Shown here: piece by piece, positions 9,206-19,443 of the stretch
Layout of the letters: every line of letters begins with the position of its first letter
How positions within the stretch are numbered: the first letter of the stretch is position 1
Assembly: GCA_963771355.1 (NCBI GenBank)
Contig: CAVYTA010000001.1
Location: forward strand, 193,376 to 257,375
Reading direction: 5' to 3'
Origin: an uncultured Candidatus Rokubacteria bacterium
Lineage (GTDB): Bacteria > Methylomirabilota > Methylomirabilia > Rokubacteriales > CSP1-6
Length of the DNA: 64,000 nucleotides
The notes under the pieces: generated by a model
Seen by the model: the letters and a program-made list of their open reading frames with translations, nothing else
Told to the model about the DNA's origin: nothing
Databases searched by the model: none
Made by a program: the position numbers and the translations under genes

Positions 9206-10141
9206 ATGAACCCACTCACGTACGCGATCGTCACCTTCGTCGTGGTGCTCGGGGTCACTCTCGTCAGCGCGCTGATCATTCTGCGGCTCTGGCCGGCAAT
9301 CGGACGTGACCGGCTCACTCCGGCGACCACGGCAGGCGGGGCCGAATCGATCCTGCGATTCGGGAACGAGCCGGCGACGGGGCTGCAGCGCACCATCGAG
9401 AAGATCGGCCGGAACGTCATCCCGAAGGACACGGTTCGACTCACACGCTACCGGACGCGGCTGGCGCAGGCCGGCATCCACGATCCCCGGGGCGTCGCCG
9501 TTCTCTGGGGCGCCAAGCTCGTCTGCGCGCTGATCGGGCTTTTCGCCTATCCGTTCTTCGGCTTTCTCGTCCAGCGGCTGCTCTCGAACATGCTGCTCAT
9601 ATCGCTCGCCTGCTTTGCGGTCGGGTTCCTCCTCCCGGACTTCTGGCTGTACAACCGGATCAAGGAGCGGCAGCGGGCGATCCTGAACACGCTGCCGGAC
9701 GTGCTCGACCTCTTGATGGTCTGCGTCGAGGCCGGGCTGGGCTTCGATTCGGCGGTGGCCCGCGTGGCCGAGCAGGAGGAGCTGGAGCGGAGCCCGCTCC
9801 ACCAGGAGCTCATGCGCATGCACCTGGAAGTCCGGGCGGGACGCCCGCGCGAGGAAGCCCTGCGCTCGCTGGGCGACCGCTGCGGCATCCAGGAAGTGCG
9901 ATCGATGGTGAGTGCGTTCATCCAGTCCGATCGGCTCGGCACGCCGCTCGGCAAGACGCTGCGTGTCCACGCCGAGTCGGCGCGCGTCCAGCGCCGGCAC
10001 CGCGCGGAAGAGCGGGCGTCCCTCGCGCCGCTGAAGATGATCTTCCCCACCGTGCTGTTTCTCATGCCGGCGTTCTTCCTGGTGGCGATGGCCCCCTCTC
10101 TCCTCGGCCTCATCAAGTCGTTCAGGAGCCTAGTACAATGA
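9206..10141 (+). CDS. tadC: Tad inner-membrane platform protein TadC
   Basis: LPDVLDLLMVCVEAGLGFD...IQSDRLGTPLGKTLR...KMIFPTVLFLMPA. Confidence 0.93.
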   Translation: MNPLTYAIVTFVVVLGVTLVSALIILRLWPAIGRDRLTPATTAGGAESILRFGNEPATGLQRTIEKIGRNVIPKDTVRLTRYRTRLAQAGIHDPRGVAVLWGAKLVCALIGLFAYPFFGFLVQRLLSNMLLISLACFAVGFLLPDFWLYNRIKERQRAILNTLPDVLDLLMVCVEAGLGFDSAVARVAEQEELERSPLHQELMRMHLEVRAGRPREEALRSLGDRCGIQEVRSMVSAFIQSDRLGTPLGKTLRVHAESARVQRRHRAEERASLAPLKMIFPTVLFLMPAFFLVAMAPSLLGLIKSFRSLVQ

Positions 10142-10743
10142 CGCAGCCCCTGGCCTCTCTCGTGCGAGTCGGTGCCGTGCTGGTCTCATGCCTTGCGCTC
10201 TGGGCCACGCCGTCGGCGGCCCAGGACACGAGTGCGGAGGTGCGGACCTGGGCCGGTCAGTCCTGGCGCCTGGCGCAGCCCTCCCTCGAGATCTTCTACA
10301 CGATCCCGGCGCCGGCCAAGGGCGCCACCGAGTCGTATGGCGCGGCCCCGGCCGGCGGCGCGGGCACGGCGGGTAAATCGTCGCTATCCATGTCCGGTTC
10401 GGTCCAGGCGCTGGAAAGCTTCTTCGACTCGGGCGCGGAGCCGCGGCAGGGACGCCGCCAGGCCGAATACATCACCATCCGTCGCGGCGCGGTCGAGACG
10501 CGGCTGCCGCTCGCGAGCATCACGAGCCTCACGTTCACGCGGCAGCCGGTCTCGAACAGCTCGTTGCCGCCCTACCTGGTCAGTCGGCACTTCCGGTATG
10601 CCGCGACCGCGGTCATGACCGACGGCTCCCGGCTCGAGGGGGACTACATCAATCTCGGAACGCTGATCCTCCGGGGCCAGACGGCCGAGGGCCGCCTGGA
10701 CATCTCGTGGGAAGACATCGAGTCCGTCCGCTTCCAGCGCTAG
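10138..10743 (+). CDS. Secreted hypothetical protein
   Basis: Signal peptide ending SAAQ, beta-rich body, ATGA overlap with tadC. Confidence 0.7.
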   Translation: MTQPLASLVRVGAVLVSCLALWATPSAAQDTSAEVRTWAGQSWRLAQPSLEIFYTIPAPAKGATESYGAAPAGGAGTAGKSSLSMSGSVQALESFFDSGAEPRQGRRQAEYITIRRGAVETRLPLASITSLTFTRQPVSNSSLPPYLVSRHFRYAATAVMTDGSRLEGDYINLGTLILRGQTAEGRLDISWEDIESVRFQR

Positions 10744-10762
10744 TGACGAGGAGAACTACGTT

Positions 10763-11982
10763 ATGAGACTTCAATGGCTGCGTGACCGGCTGCACAACGA
10801 GCGAGGCAGCGTTCTCCTCTTCACGTTCACGCTGCTCGTTTTCCTGCTGGTGATGGGCGGGTTCGCGATGGACTTCGCCTTCCAGGCCGCCGCGCGCACC
10901 GAGCTGCAGCGGAGCATCGACGCCGCCGCCCTCGCCGGAGCCGGCAAGCTCGGCTTCGACGATACGGTGTTCCCCACCGCGCGCGCGTTCGCCCGTGACT
11001 ACGGGACCCGGAACCCCACTCGAACCGGTCCGGTGACCCTCAGCCTCAATACGCCCAATGATCCGGCCGGCAACATCGTGCTGGGTAGTCTGGAACGCGG
11101 GGAGCTTCAACCCGTCGCTCGCGGGCAACCAGGTCAACGCGGTCCGCTGCCAGATCCAGACCACGATCCCGACCTCGTTCCTGCGGCTGCTCGGAGTCAA
11201 TGACCTGCCCATCGCGGCCAACGCGATCGCCGTGTCCAACCCGCCGGCGCTGCCGGGGTGCGGCACGCCGATCCTGCCCATCGCGGTGACCCCCTGCGCG
11301 TTCTACGATGCGGGGACCGGGACAGTTCAACAACAGCAATGGCTGCGGCACCGGCCTGACCTGGATCTCGAGCAACCGGATCTGCGACAACTCGCCCGGC
11401 AGCGCGCAAGTCGTGCAACTCCGCGGCCTGGGCCAGTCTGGACGGTACCAACTGGACCAACGCTCAGCACCAGGGGGCCATCACGAACGCGGGCCTCGAC
11501 GAACCCGGCGTGCAATGCCACGGCGCCTGCCGGCACCAATACCTATCTCGACAACGGGATGGTCCAGCCGACCTTCAACCTGCTGCGCAATACCTTCGTC
11601 GCCGAGCGGACCTCGACCCTGGCCGGTGGAGACATCATGAAGATCGTGAACGGGATCTCCCGTCGTGGCGTACCCCGCCTAGTCGGGGGGCTGGGAGGTC
11701 GGCGTCATGATGGTGCAGAGCGCCTGCTCCGCCGGGGCCACTGACCGGCACGAGTCAGATCCCAACTACAGCAAGTTCGTGGTGACCCAGATCTTCGACC
11801 AGAACGCCGGCTGCGTCGTCTCGCCGAACATGGATCCGCAGGCGGCGGCCTATTGCGGCACGTCGGACCCCAGCCTCCGCGCGGTGTTCGGCTACTTCCT
11901 CTGCGACACTCTGGGCCAGGTGGCGACCCTCGACCCGGTTCCGCGCTCGGCTCTCGCGACCAGGCTCAGACTGGTTCGGTGA
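10763..11982 (+). CDS. tadG: TadG-like Cys-rich pilin/tip adhesin, broken by several apparent +1 frameshifts
   Basis: NERG|SVLLFTFTLLVFLLVMGGFAMDF...ELQRSIDAAALAGA (Tad domain). It continues by +1 shifts (~11087, ~11320, ~11410, ~11492, ~11657-11680 and later) through NAVRC..IPTSFLRLLG, ILPIAV and the C-terminal TRLRLVR. Confidence 0.8.
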
Positions 11983-12335
11983 CCGGCCGCTTCTGCGGGT
12001 CGCTTCTCGCCTGCTCGCTCGTGGTCGGTGGCGGCGCCAGCGCGGGGTTCGCTGAGGGTCAGCCGGCTGAGCGCCACATGGCGGTTGGCGTCTTGCCGCT
12101 CGCCGCGGGAGCTCGCAGCCTTTCCGAGCTGCCACCGACCGCGAATTCGCCCAGGGAGGCTGGGGTCGAGCGCGCCACGCCGCCGGCCGCCGTCGGGACG
12201 CTGCCCGTCGCATCCCCCGCTTCATTCGCCGATCGTGACGTCCCCGTTTCGAGCCCGGCGCTCGCCGGCTCGCCCGAGCGGGGAGACACCCTCAGGCGGG
12301 CCGGGGGGCTCTCGGACACACGCAGCAAGCCGTAG
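11979..12335 (+). CDS. Putative secreted low-complexity protein
   Basis: GTGA overlap with the tadG stop; VTGRFCGSLLACSLVVGGGASAGFA is signal-like. Confidence 0.4.
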   Translation: MTGRFCGSLLACSLVVGGGASAGFAEGQPAERHMAVGVLPLAAGARSLSELPPTANSPREAGVERATPPAAVGTLPVASPASFADRDVPVSSPALAGSPERGDTLRRAGGLSDTRSKP

Positions 12336-12368
12336 GCGAACGCCGGCACCCTCGGCAACAATGGACTC

Positions 12369-14853
12369 ATGACTGATCCGGGCCCCGCCTCTCATGGGCA
12401 TCCCGAGCCTTTGCCCATCGACACCGGGCGGGGCTCCCCAGCAGTGACGCGCGGCATCTGCATGTCGGGCTCGCTCGCAGTCCACGTCGTCGTGCTGGGC
12501 CTCATTGTCTGGCTCGTGAGCGTCCCTCCGGGAATGAGCGCTCTGGAGGTCTTCCCCGCGCAGGGGTCGCCGAGCCTGCTGAGCGAGGCGGCTCCTCCCG
12601 AGCCAGCACCGTCCACGCCCGTGGCGCAGCCGAGGCGAGTCGCGCCCTCGCGGGTGGACACCCCGGCAGCACCGCTGCCAGCCCCCGACCCCCGGTCTCC
12701 CACCGTGTCTCCCGACCCTCCGGCTCCCACCGCATCTCCCGATCCCCCCAAGCCGGCGATCGCCACGCCGCCGCCCGCGGCACCCGTCCCGCCGCCACCG
12801 GTCGCCCTCGCCGCCGCCGCCCGCGGCGCCTGTCCCGCCGCCACCGGTCCCCTCGCCGAGGGTTGAGCAAGCCCCGACTTCGCCGCCCCTGACCTGGTCC
12901 ACGCCAGAGCCGCCAAGAGAGCGAATACCGGCGGTTCCGGCAGAGCCGGAGGGCGGGACCACCCGTGGCTCCATGCCCGACGGGCCCTCGATTCCGCCAC
13001 CCCCCATGAAGCCCCGGGAGACCGAAGCGACTGCGGCTCTTCCCGTGCCTTCCCCGGCCCGACCGGCCGAGACAGTACGACCCGCGGAGGCTCTTCCGCC
13101 CGTCCCGAGGGCTCCACTGGCGGAGCCGGCGCCGTTGGCGGCTTCAGGGGAGCTCGTTGCGCGCGAGAGGCCCACGCCCGATCCGCCAGCGGCCGAGGCC
13201 GCGCCACGCCCCTCTCCCCCGGAGCCGATACCGGCGCCCCGGGTGGTTGCCCCTCCGCCCGCTGCCGTTGCGCAGCCTCAGGCGCCCCCGACGCCCGCTG
13301 CTCTCCCGCCAGCCCCCGTGCCCGTCGCGCCATCGCCCGTGATCGCCGCCGTGCCACCAGCGCCTCCCGCGGCACCCACCGAAGTTCAGGCTCCGCCGGT
13401 GCAGGCGGTACCCGCGCCGGTTGCTCCCGCGGCGCCGGTGGCGCCGATGCCCACACCGGTGGCCAGTGCGCCAGCTCCGGTACCGCCGGCCCCGACGGCC
13501 GTGGCCCCGGCACCAGGCCCAGTAGCCCCCGCGCCGGCGGCGCCCGCTGCGCCGGTGGCCTCGACGCCCGCACCCGTGCCCGCTGCGCCGGCGGCGCCCG
13601 TGGCCCCGGCCCCGGTGGCGATGGCTCCAGCACCAGGCCCCGTAGCTCCCGCGCGGCCGCAGGCTGCGCCGACGGCTCCGGTCGCCTCGGCACCGGTGGT
13701 GGCGGCCCCGGCCCCCGGGCCTGTGATCCCGGCACCGTCGGTCGGTGTTCCCACGCCTCCCGCCCCCCCTTCGGTCCCGCCCCGCCCCCCAGCGAGCGCC
13801 CCGACGGGCTCCCCCGTTGGGGTCGGCCTCGCGCGCGCCATCGTCCAGTTCCACGGCCCGCGTCACCGGGTCACGGAACGGGCCGTCGAGCCGCTGGCGG
13901 GACGGATCATCGGACCGTCGCCGGACCGGTTCACGCTCTACGTGAATGGCAGCCCACAACCGGTCACGGTGGAGGGCCGGAGCTTCGAGGCGTCGGTCGC
14001 GCTGTCGCCCGGGCTGAACCGAGTACGGGTAGTCGCGATCGGATCCGACGGCGTCGAGACGGAGGACTCGGTCACGGTGGAGTATGTCCCGCCGGTGCCG
14101 AAGAGCCAGATCGTGCTGCTCGCTCCCGCCGACGGATCGAGGCTCTCGCCCGATGACCCACCCTTCGTCGTGGTCGAGGGGAGGGTGGATGACAAGAGCA
14201 TCGGGAGCGTGTCGGTCGTGGTGAACGGCCGCCAGACCGTGGTCCCGGTCCGGGAGGGCCGGTTCCGGCACATCGCTCCCGCGACGGAACCCATCCTCAA
14301 GATCTGGGCGGAGGGCGCGGCGGCTGACGGCGTCAAGCAGCGAAGCGAGGCCGTCACCGTCTACGCGGAGGCGCCGGCCGGGTCGATCGGAATCCTCGTC
14401 GTCGACTGGCCTCCGCTCCTCGCCGGCGACCAGGTCGAGGTCAGCGGAAGCTGGAGAGGGGTTCCCGATAGAGTCGATGTCCCGACGCAGCCGCTGACCT
14501 TGAGAAGCGGAGGCGCGGCACCAAGTGGCGGGCGCCCGGAGGTGTTCTACCTGCGCAATCTCCGGCCCGGCGTCTACACGTTCGTCCTCCGCTACCGTAC
14601 CCCCCAGGCCGCCGGCGTCGCCCAGCCGGTTCTGTATCTGAGCGTCGGCGGCACGCTGGTGCCGCACGTGCTCAAGCCCGTGCCGATCCAGGGCACCGGC
14701 CGGGCGATCGTGGCGAAGGTCCTGCTACCCCAGGGTATTCTCTGGGAGCAGGACGACTGGTTCTCGGGACGCAGCGAGAGCGCCGAGACGGTGACGAAGT
14801 TCCGCCTGCCCGAAGGGATCACGTGGACCGAGCGAAAGAGCGACCTCCGTTGA
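12369..14853 (+). CDS. Membrane-anchored Pro/Ala-rich protein with C-terminal Ig-like domains (TonB/TolA-like N-terminus); +1 frameshift at ~12804
   Basis: TM segment GSLAVHVVVLGLIVWLV, then more than 400 aa of Pro/Ala-rich linker, then beta-sandwich-like repeats (FTLYVNG...SFEASVALSPGLNRVRVVA; VVVEGRVDD..VSVVVNG). The extra G is evident from the local repeat ccaccggtc(g)ccctcgccg versus ccaccggtcccctcgccg. Confidence 0.75.
13300..13800 (+). repeat. Degenerate coding repeats (PVAPAAP / APAPGPVAP)
   Basis: APAPGPV recurs near 13501, 13621 and 13701 with synonymous codon variation. Confidence 0.75.
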
Positions 14854-15740
14854 CGGCGGCTCTGCTCGCCGCCCAGGCCGCGGACGGCGGCTGGGGCGCC
14901 GAATCCGGCAAGCGGAGCAATACCGAGGCGACGGCACTCGCGGTCCTGGCGCTGGGAACGTCCCCCGACCCCGCCGCCTCCACGGCGCTACGCCGGGCGC
15001 TTGCCTGGCTGGTCGAGCAGCAGCGGCCGGACGGAGGGTGGCCTCTCGGAGTAGGGCACGACCAGAGCACCTGGCCGACTCCGCTGGCCGTTCTTGCCGT
15101 GCTGGGCCGGCCGGAGCTCCGCGATCGTGCCGTGGGGGGGCTCCGCTGGCTGGTCGGGCACGCCGGGATCGATCCCGGCTGGCTCATCAGGGTGCTCTAT
15201 CGAGTCTGGCCGGGCGCGCTGCCGGTCCGGATGAATCCCACCCTCAAGGGCTGGTCCTGGAACCCCGACGCCTTCAGCTGGGTCGAGCCCACGGCATACG
15301 CCCTGCTCGCGCTCAAGAAGGGACGCACCGTCCTCTCCGGACCGGACGTGGACGCCCGCATCCGGGAAGGCGAGGCGATGCTCTACGATCGCGTGTGCGA
15401 GGGCGGGGGCTGGAACTACGGGAACACGAACGTGTACGGCGTCAACGTCGCGCCCTACCCCGAGGTCACCGCGGTGGCTCTGCTCGGCCTCCAGGACCGG
15501 CGCGAGACGCCGGTCAACCGCTCGAGCGTCGAGGCGATGCGCCGGATGCTCCCTGAGGTGGATTCCGGCTTGGCGCTGAGCTGGGTCATCGCGTGCCTGG
15601 CCGTTCACGGTCAGGACACGGGCGCGGAGCGTCGGCGGCTGGCAGAAAGCTACACGCGGACGGGCTTTCTCGGCTCCACCCCGAGCCTCGCCCTGGCGCT
15701 CATCGCGTCGGGCTCACCCGAAAGGGTGTTCGGGCTGTGA
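14850..15740 (+). CDS. Prenyltransferase/squalene-oxidase repeat (QW-motif alpha/alpha barrel) protein
   Basis: LLAAQAADGGWG...TEATALAVLAL; WLVEQQRPDGGW; GWSW...SWVEPTAYALLAL; GGWNYGN...YPEVTAVALLGL. TTGA overlap with the upstream gene. Confidence 0.85.
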   Translation: MTAALLAAQAADGGWGAESGKRSNTEATALAVLALGTSPDPAASTALRRALAWLVEQQRPDGGWPLGVGHDQSTWPTPLAVLAVLGRPELRDRAVGGLRWLVGHAGIDPGWLIRVLYRVWPGALPVRMNPTLKGWSWNPDAFSWVEPTAYALLALKKGRTVLSGPDVDARIREGEAMLYDRVCEGGGWNYGNTNVYGVNVAPYPEVTAVALLGLQDRRETPVNRSSVEAMRRMLPEVDSGLALSWVIACLAVHGQDTGAERRRLAESYTRTGFLGSTPSLALALIASGSPERVFGL

Positions 15741-16732
15741 GCGGTCCCATGACGCGCCGGCACTTTCTCGGCGCGGCTGCCGCGGCGTCCGCCGCGGCCG
15801 GCTGCGGCCGGACGCCGGGCTGGGATCGCGCGGCCTATCGGAAGGCCGAGCGCTCGCGGGTCGCCATCCTCTCGGCCCGGGACTACGCGGTGCCGCTGAC
15901 GGACGTGGTGCTCCAGGGCATCCGGCAGTTCCGCCTCCCCGTGGTCGGGCGGAAGATCGTTCTCAAGCCGAACCTCGTCGAGTTCGACCCCGCGGGAGTG
16001 ATCAACACCCACCCGGCCGTCATCGCGGCCGCGGTGGAGGCTTTTCGCCGACTCGGCGCGCGCGAGGTGGTCGTCGCCGAGGGCCCGGGCCATCGGCGTG
16101 ACACCGAGCACCTCGTTGCCGCCTCCGGACTGTTCCGCACCCTCACGGACCTGGGCGCCCGGTATGTCGACCTCAATCACGATGACGTGCGGGCGGTGAC
16201 GCTTCGCAGCCAGTTCACCACGCTCGGCCGGCTCCACCTGCCCGAGACCATCCTCGGCGCGGACCTGATCGTCTCCATGCCCAAGCTCAAGACCCACCAC
16301 TGGGCGGGGGTGACGCTGTCGCTCAAGAACATGTTCGGGATCGTGCCGGGCATGATCTACGGCTGGCCGAAGAACGTCCTCCACTGGGCGGGCATCCATG
16401 AGAGCGTGGTCGACATCAACAGCTCGTTGCCGGCGCCCCAGTTCGCCATCGTCGACGGCATCGTCGGAATGGAAGGCAATGGCCCCATCCAGGGCGATGC
16501 GAAGCCGTGCGGCGCTCTCGTCTTCGGCGACGACCTCGTGGCCGTCGACGCGACGGCAGCGCGCCTCATGAGCATCGATCCGCGGAAGATCAAGTACCTC
16601 CAGCACGCGGCCCAATTCCTCGGGAACATCGAGTACGAGCAGATCGCGCAGATCGGCGAGCCCCTGGAGTCCCTGCGAAAGGAGTTCCGTGTGATTCAGC
16701 AATTCGAGAGCCTGAGAGGTGCCGGTGGCTAG
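15737..16732 (+). CDS. DUF362-domain protein with Tat lipoprotein-like signal
   Basis: MTRRHFLGAAAAASAAAGC; IVLKPNLVE, NTHP, SMPKLKTHHWAGVTLSLKNMFG, IVDGIVGMEGNGP, DLVAVDA. GTGA overlap. Confidence 0.9.
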   Translation: MSGPMTRRHFLGAAAAASAAAGCGRTPGWDRAAYRKAERSRVAILSARDYAVPLTDVVLQGIRQFRLPVVGRKIVLKPNLVEFDPAGVINTHPAVIAAAVEAFRRLGAREVVVAEGPGHRRDTEHLVAASGLFRTLTDLGARYVDLNHDDVRAVTLRSQFTTLGRLHLPETILGADLIVSMPKLKTHHWAGVTLSLKNMFGIVPGMIYGWPKNVLHWAGIHESVVDINSSLPAPQFAIVDGIVGMEGNGPIQGDAKPCGALVFGDDLVAVDATAARLMSIDPRKIKYLQHAAQFLGNIEYEQIAQIGEPLESLRKEFRVIQQFESLRGAGG

Positions 16733-17450
16733 CCGGCGCTCGCTCCTCGTGCTGCCGGTCCTCTTCGTCACCCTGCTGGGGGCGGCGCCGGGAGATCTCA
16801 ACGAAGCGGGCAAGAATGCCTATCAGCGGGGCGACTTTGCGGAGGCCGAGCGCCTCTTCACTCAGGCCTTGGCCCGGACGCCCAGCGACCCCTTGCTCCA
16901 CTACCACCGCGGCGCCGCTCTCACCCGGCTCGGACGCATCCGTGAAGCTACCGCCGCCTACGAGACGGCTCTGCGCCTGGATCCGCCGCCGGCGGTGGCC
17001 GCGGCGGCGCGGGACGGCCTCCGCGCCATCGGTGCGCTGGGCGCGCCCTCTCGACCCCGGCGGTCCGCCGATGAGACGGTCATTGCGCTGACGCGGATTC
17101 CGGGCGGCTGGCTGACCGAGGTCGTCGTCAACGGCGCGTGGACCGGGCCCCTCTTGCTGGATACGGGAGCGAGCGTGACGCTCGTCTCCCCCGCCGTGGC
17201 CCGCGCCGCCGGGATCTCGATCGGTCCCGACACCCAGATGGTAGAGGTCCAGGGGATCGCCGGCCGCACGCGTGGTCCCATCGTCACTCTGTCCTCGATC
17301 CAGGTCGGGGAGATCGAGGCGCGCGGGGTGCGCGCCGTGGTCGTCGAGCTTCCCATGGGATTGAACGGTCTGCTCGGCAACTCCTTCCTGGCCCGCTACA
17401 CCTTCACCCTCGATCCGCGCGAGGGAGCGCTCCGGCTGCAGCCTCGATGA
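16719..17450 (+). CDS. Exported TPR plus retropepsin-like aspartyl protease
   Basis: Signal peptide, TPR helices (AYQRGDFAEAERLFTQAL...YETALRLDP), catalytic LLDTGAS and GLLGNSFL motifs. Confidence 0.88.
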   Translation: MPVASRRSLLVLPVLFVTLLGAAPGDLNEAGKNAYQRGDFAEAERLFTQALARTPSDPLLHYHRGAALTRLGRIREATAAYETALRLDPPPAVAAAARDGLRAIGALGAPSRPRRSADETVIALTRIPGGWLTEVVVNGAWTGPLLLDTGASVTLVSPAVARAAGISIGPDTQMVEVQGIAGRTRGPIVTLSSIQVGEIEARGVRAVVVELPMGLNGLLGNSFLARYTFTLDPREGALRLQPR

Positions 17451-18769
17451 CGGGCGTCTCCGGCGCCGAGATGAGACCTCGTCTCCTCTCGGCGCTCGGC
17501 CGGACGGCGGTCATGCTCGCGTGTCTCGCGCTGCTCGGCTGGAATGTGGCGCTCGTCGTCGTGATGGAGCGGGGGATCGTCCGCAGCGACTTCGGGAAGC
17601 TCCACGCTTCCGCCCAGGCTTTTCTCGCCGGTCGCGACATGTATGACCTGGGGCCGGCCACGCTGAGTCCGGTGCGCGGGATGACCGATCAGGTCCTCCA
17701 CTACATCCCGTTCCTGAACCTCAACCCGCCCCACTTCCACCTCATTCTCCTGCCGCTGGCGCCACTCTCCCCTCGCTGGGCGCTCGTCGTCTGGGGCATC
17801 GTGAGCCTGGTCTGCCTGGCGTTCTCGCTCCGCCTCATCGCGCGTGAATCCGGTATCGTCCTGACCCGGTGGCGGCGCCGGCTCGCGGTGCTGGCCTTCC
17901 TGGGCTTCGCGGGGCTCGGGGCGGTAGCGCTGACCGGGCAGGTTTCATTCCTCCTCCTCCTTCCGGTGACGCTGGCGTGGATCCGCGCTCGAAGGGGGAA
18001 ATGGGCCGAGGCCGGCGTCTATCTCGGCCTGGCCATGAGCGTCAAACCCTTCCTCGCCATCTTCCTGCCCTATCTCGTCCTGCGGCGTCGGTTCGTCACG
18101 CTGGCGACCGCCGTTGGCGCGGGAACAGCGGCGTTCCTGGTCGGACTGGGCGTGTTCGGGTGGGACGCGCACCGATCGTGGATCGCCGGGCTCTCGGCGG
18201 TGAGCTGGGAGTGGGTGGCCATGAACGCGTCCGTGCTCGGCTTCCTCAAGCGCGTGCTCGCGCCGAGCCTGTACTACGAGCCGCTGCTCGAGGTGCCGGG
18301 GCTCATCGCGCCGGTCTGGCTTTTACTGTCCGGCGCCATCGGGGTCGTGACCCTCGCGGTGGCCGCCGCCGACTCGGACGAGCGGGCCGTCGACCGGGCC
18401 TTTGCCTTGCTCCTTCTCGCCGCCTTGCTGGTCTCGCCGCTCGGCTGGACGTATTACTGGTGGCTCGCACTGGGCCCGATGGTGGCGGTCGTCGCCTCCC
18501 GGTGGGGGCGGGATGCCCGGGATGCCCACGTGGAGCGGTGGCCGGCCTCGAACACGAGATGCTGGCGCCGCGCGTTGCTCCTCGTCGCGGTGCCGGGGCT
18601 GTTCTGGCCCTTGCCCGCGACCATTGCGTTCCAGCCGAGCGCCTGGGCGACGGTGTTTCTTGGTTCCGCGTACTTCTGGGCCACGCTGGCGCTCTGGGCC
18701 GCGTTGATCGCGGATTGGCGCGTGGCCGGCGGCCGCCTCAGTGCGGTCGCCGCCCTGCTGCGTCGCTAG
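17447..18769 (+). CDS. GT87/DUF2029-like polytopic membrane glycosyltransferase (GT-C)
   Basis: SDFGKLH...GRDMY, NLNPP, TGQVS, LAMSVKPF, NASV, LLVSPLGWTYY; about 10 TM segments; ATGA overlap. Confidence 0.85.
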   Translation: MTGVSGAEMRPRLLSALGRTAVMLACLALLGWNVALVVVMERGIVRSDFGKLHASAQAFLAGRDMYDLGPATLSPVRGMTDQVLHYIPFLNLNPPHFHLILLPLAPLSPRWALVVWGIVSLVCLAFSLRLIARESGIVLTRWRRRLAVLAFLGFAGLGAVALTGQVSFLLLLPVTLAWIRARRGKWAEAGVYLGLAMSVKPFLAIFLPYLVLRRRFVTLATAVGAGTAAFLVGLGVFGWDAHRSWIAGLSAVSWEWVAMNASVLGFLKRVLAPSLYYEPLLEVPGLIAPVWLLLSGAIGVVTLAVAAADSDERAVDRAFALLLLAALLVSPLGWTYYWWLALGPMVAVVASRWGRDARDAHVERWPASNTRCWRRALLLVAVPGLFWPLPATIAFQPSAWATVFLGSAYFWATLALWAALIADWRVAGGRLSAVAALLRR

Positions 18770-19443
18770 GAACGAGGCGCGGCCTGGTACTCGCGGAGCT
18801 GCTCCTCGGTGCGGGAGCTGCCTCGGCGCCAGACCCATTTGATGTAGGAGCGAACGTCGGGCGCGTACCAGTACTCGTTGCGATCGCCCTGGTCGCTCTC
18901 GTGCACTATCTTGAGCGCGGTGAAACGTCCCGCGGGGACCTCGACGACCTCGGACCCGAGGACGATGAAGGTGCCAGTTCGCTCGACGGCCCCGCTCGGG
19001 TCCTGGAGGGTCCCACGGTACGTCCATTGTCGTCCCGGCTCCAGCGGCCAGGTGAACCAGGGCAGCGGAGGACTCATCCGGCTCTCGATCTTCCGCTCGC
19101 GGGCATGTCCGGCCCACTGCAGCTGGGTGTTGTAGAAGTGCTCGAGCTCGCCGACCCGGACGATGTAGAAGAGGGCGCTGTTGATGTCCCGGATCTCGAC
19201 GACCTCGACGGTCTTGGTGCCGTGCTCGGTGCCGAGCAGCAACCCGTAGAGCCACCGGTCGCCTGGACGCCAGTCCGGGGCGGCCCGGGAGGCGGCGACC
19301 GTCTTGAAGGTGGAGTCGAGTGACGCCGGCTGGCTCGGCGGCGGCGCACCGGGTCGGAAGACACTGCATGCCTCGAGCACGATCCCGAGCGTCGAGGCGA
19401 GGAGCGCGAACCGTGCCACTCTCGTGAAACTCCGTCGCGTCAC
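18766..19443 (-). CDS. Putative lipoprotein with beta-rich domain
   Basis: Lipobox-like IVLEAC; PDWRPGDRWLY, WPLEPGRQW, EVVEVPAGRFTALKI, YWYAPDV motifs. Start uncertain. Confidence 0.75.
   Translation of the reverse strand: MTRRSFTRVARFALLASTLGIVLEACSVFRPGAPPPSQPASLDSTFKTVAASRAAPDWRPGDRWLYGLLLGTEHGTKTVEVVEIRDINSALFYIVRVGELEHFYNTQLQWAGHARERKIESRMSPPLPWFTWPLEPGRQWTYRGTLQDPSGAVERTGTFIVLGSEVVEVPAGRFTALKIVHESDQGDRNEYWYAPDVRSYIKWVWRRGSSRTEEQLREYQAAPRS

Noticed and set aside
10763..11982. Programmed frameshifting or phase variation in tadG and the secretin
   Set aside because: No slippery heptamers or long homopolymer/SSR tracts at the shift sites. Uniform +1 insertions across unrelated genes fit sequencing error better.
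13300..13800. CRISPR array or DNA-level VNTR
   Set aside because: The repeats are degenerate at synonymous positions and encode a Pro/Ala linker. There is no constant repeat-spacer structure and no cas gene.
16719..17450. Retroelement-derived protease or mobile element
   Set aside because: It has a signal peptide and TPRs typical of bacterial clan AA proteases. No reverse transcriptase or integrase is nearby.
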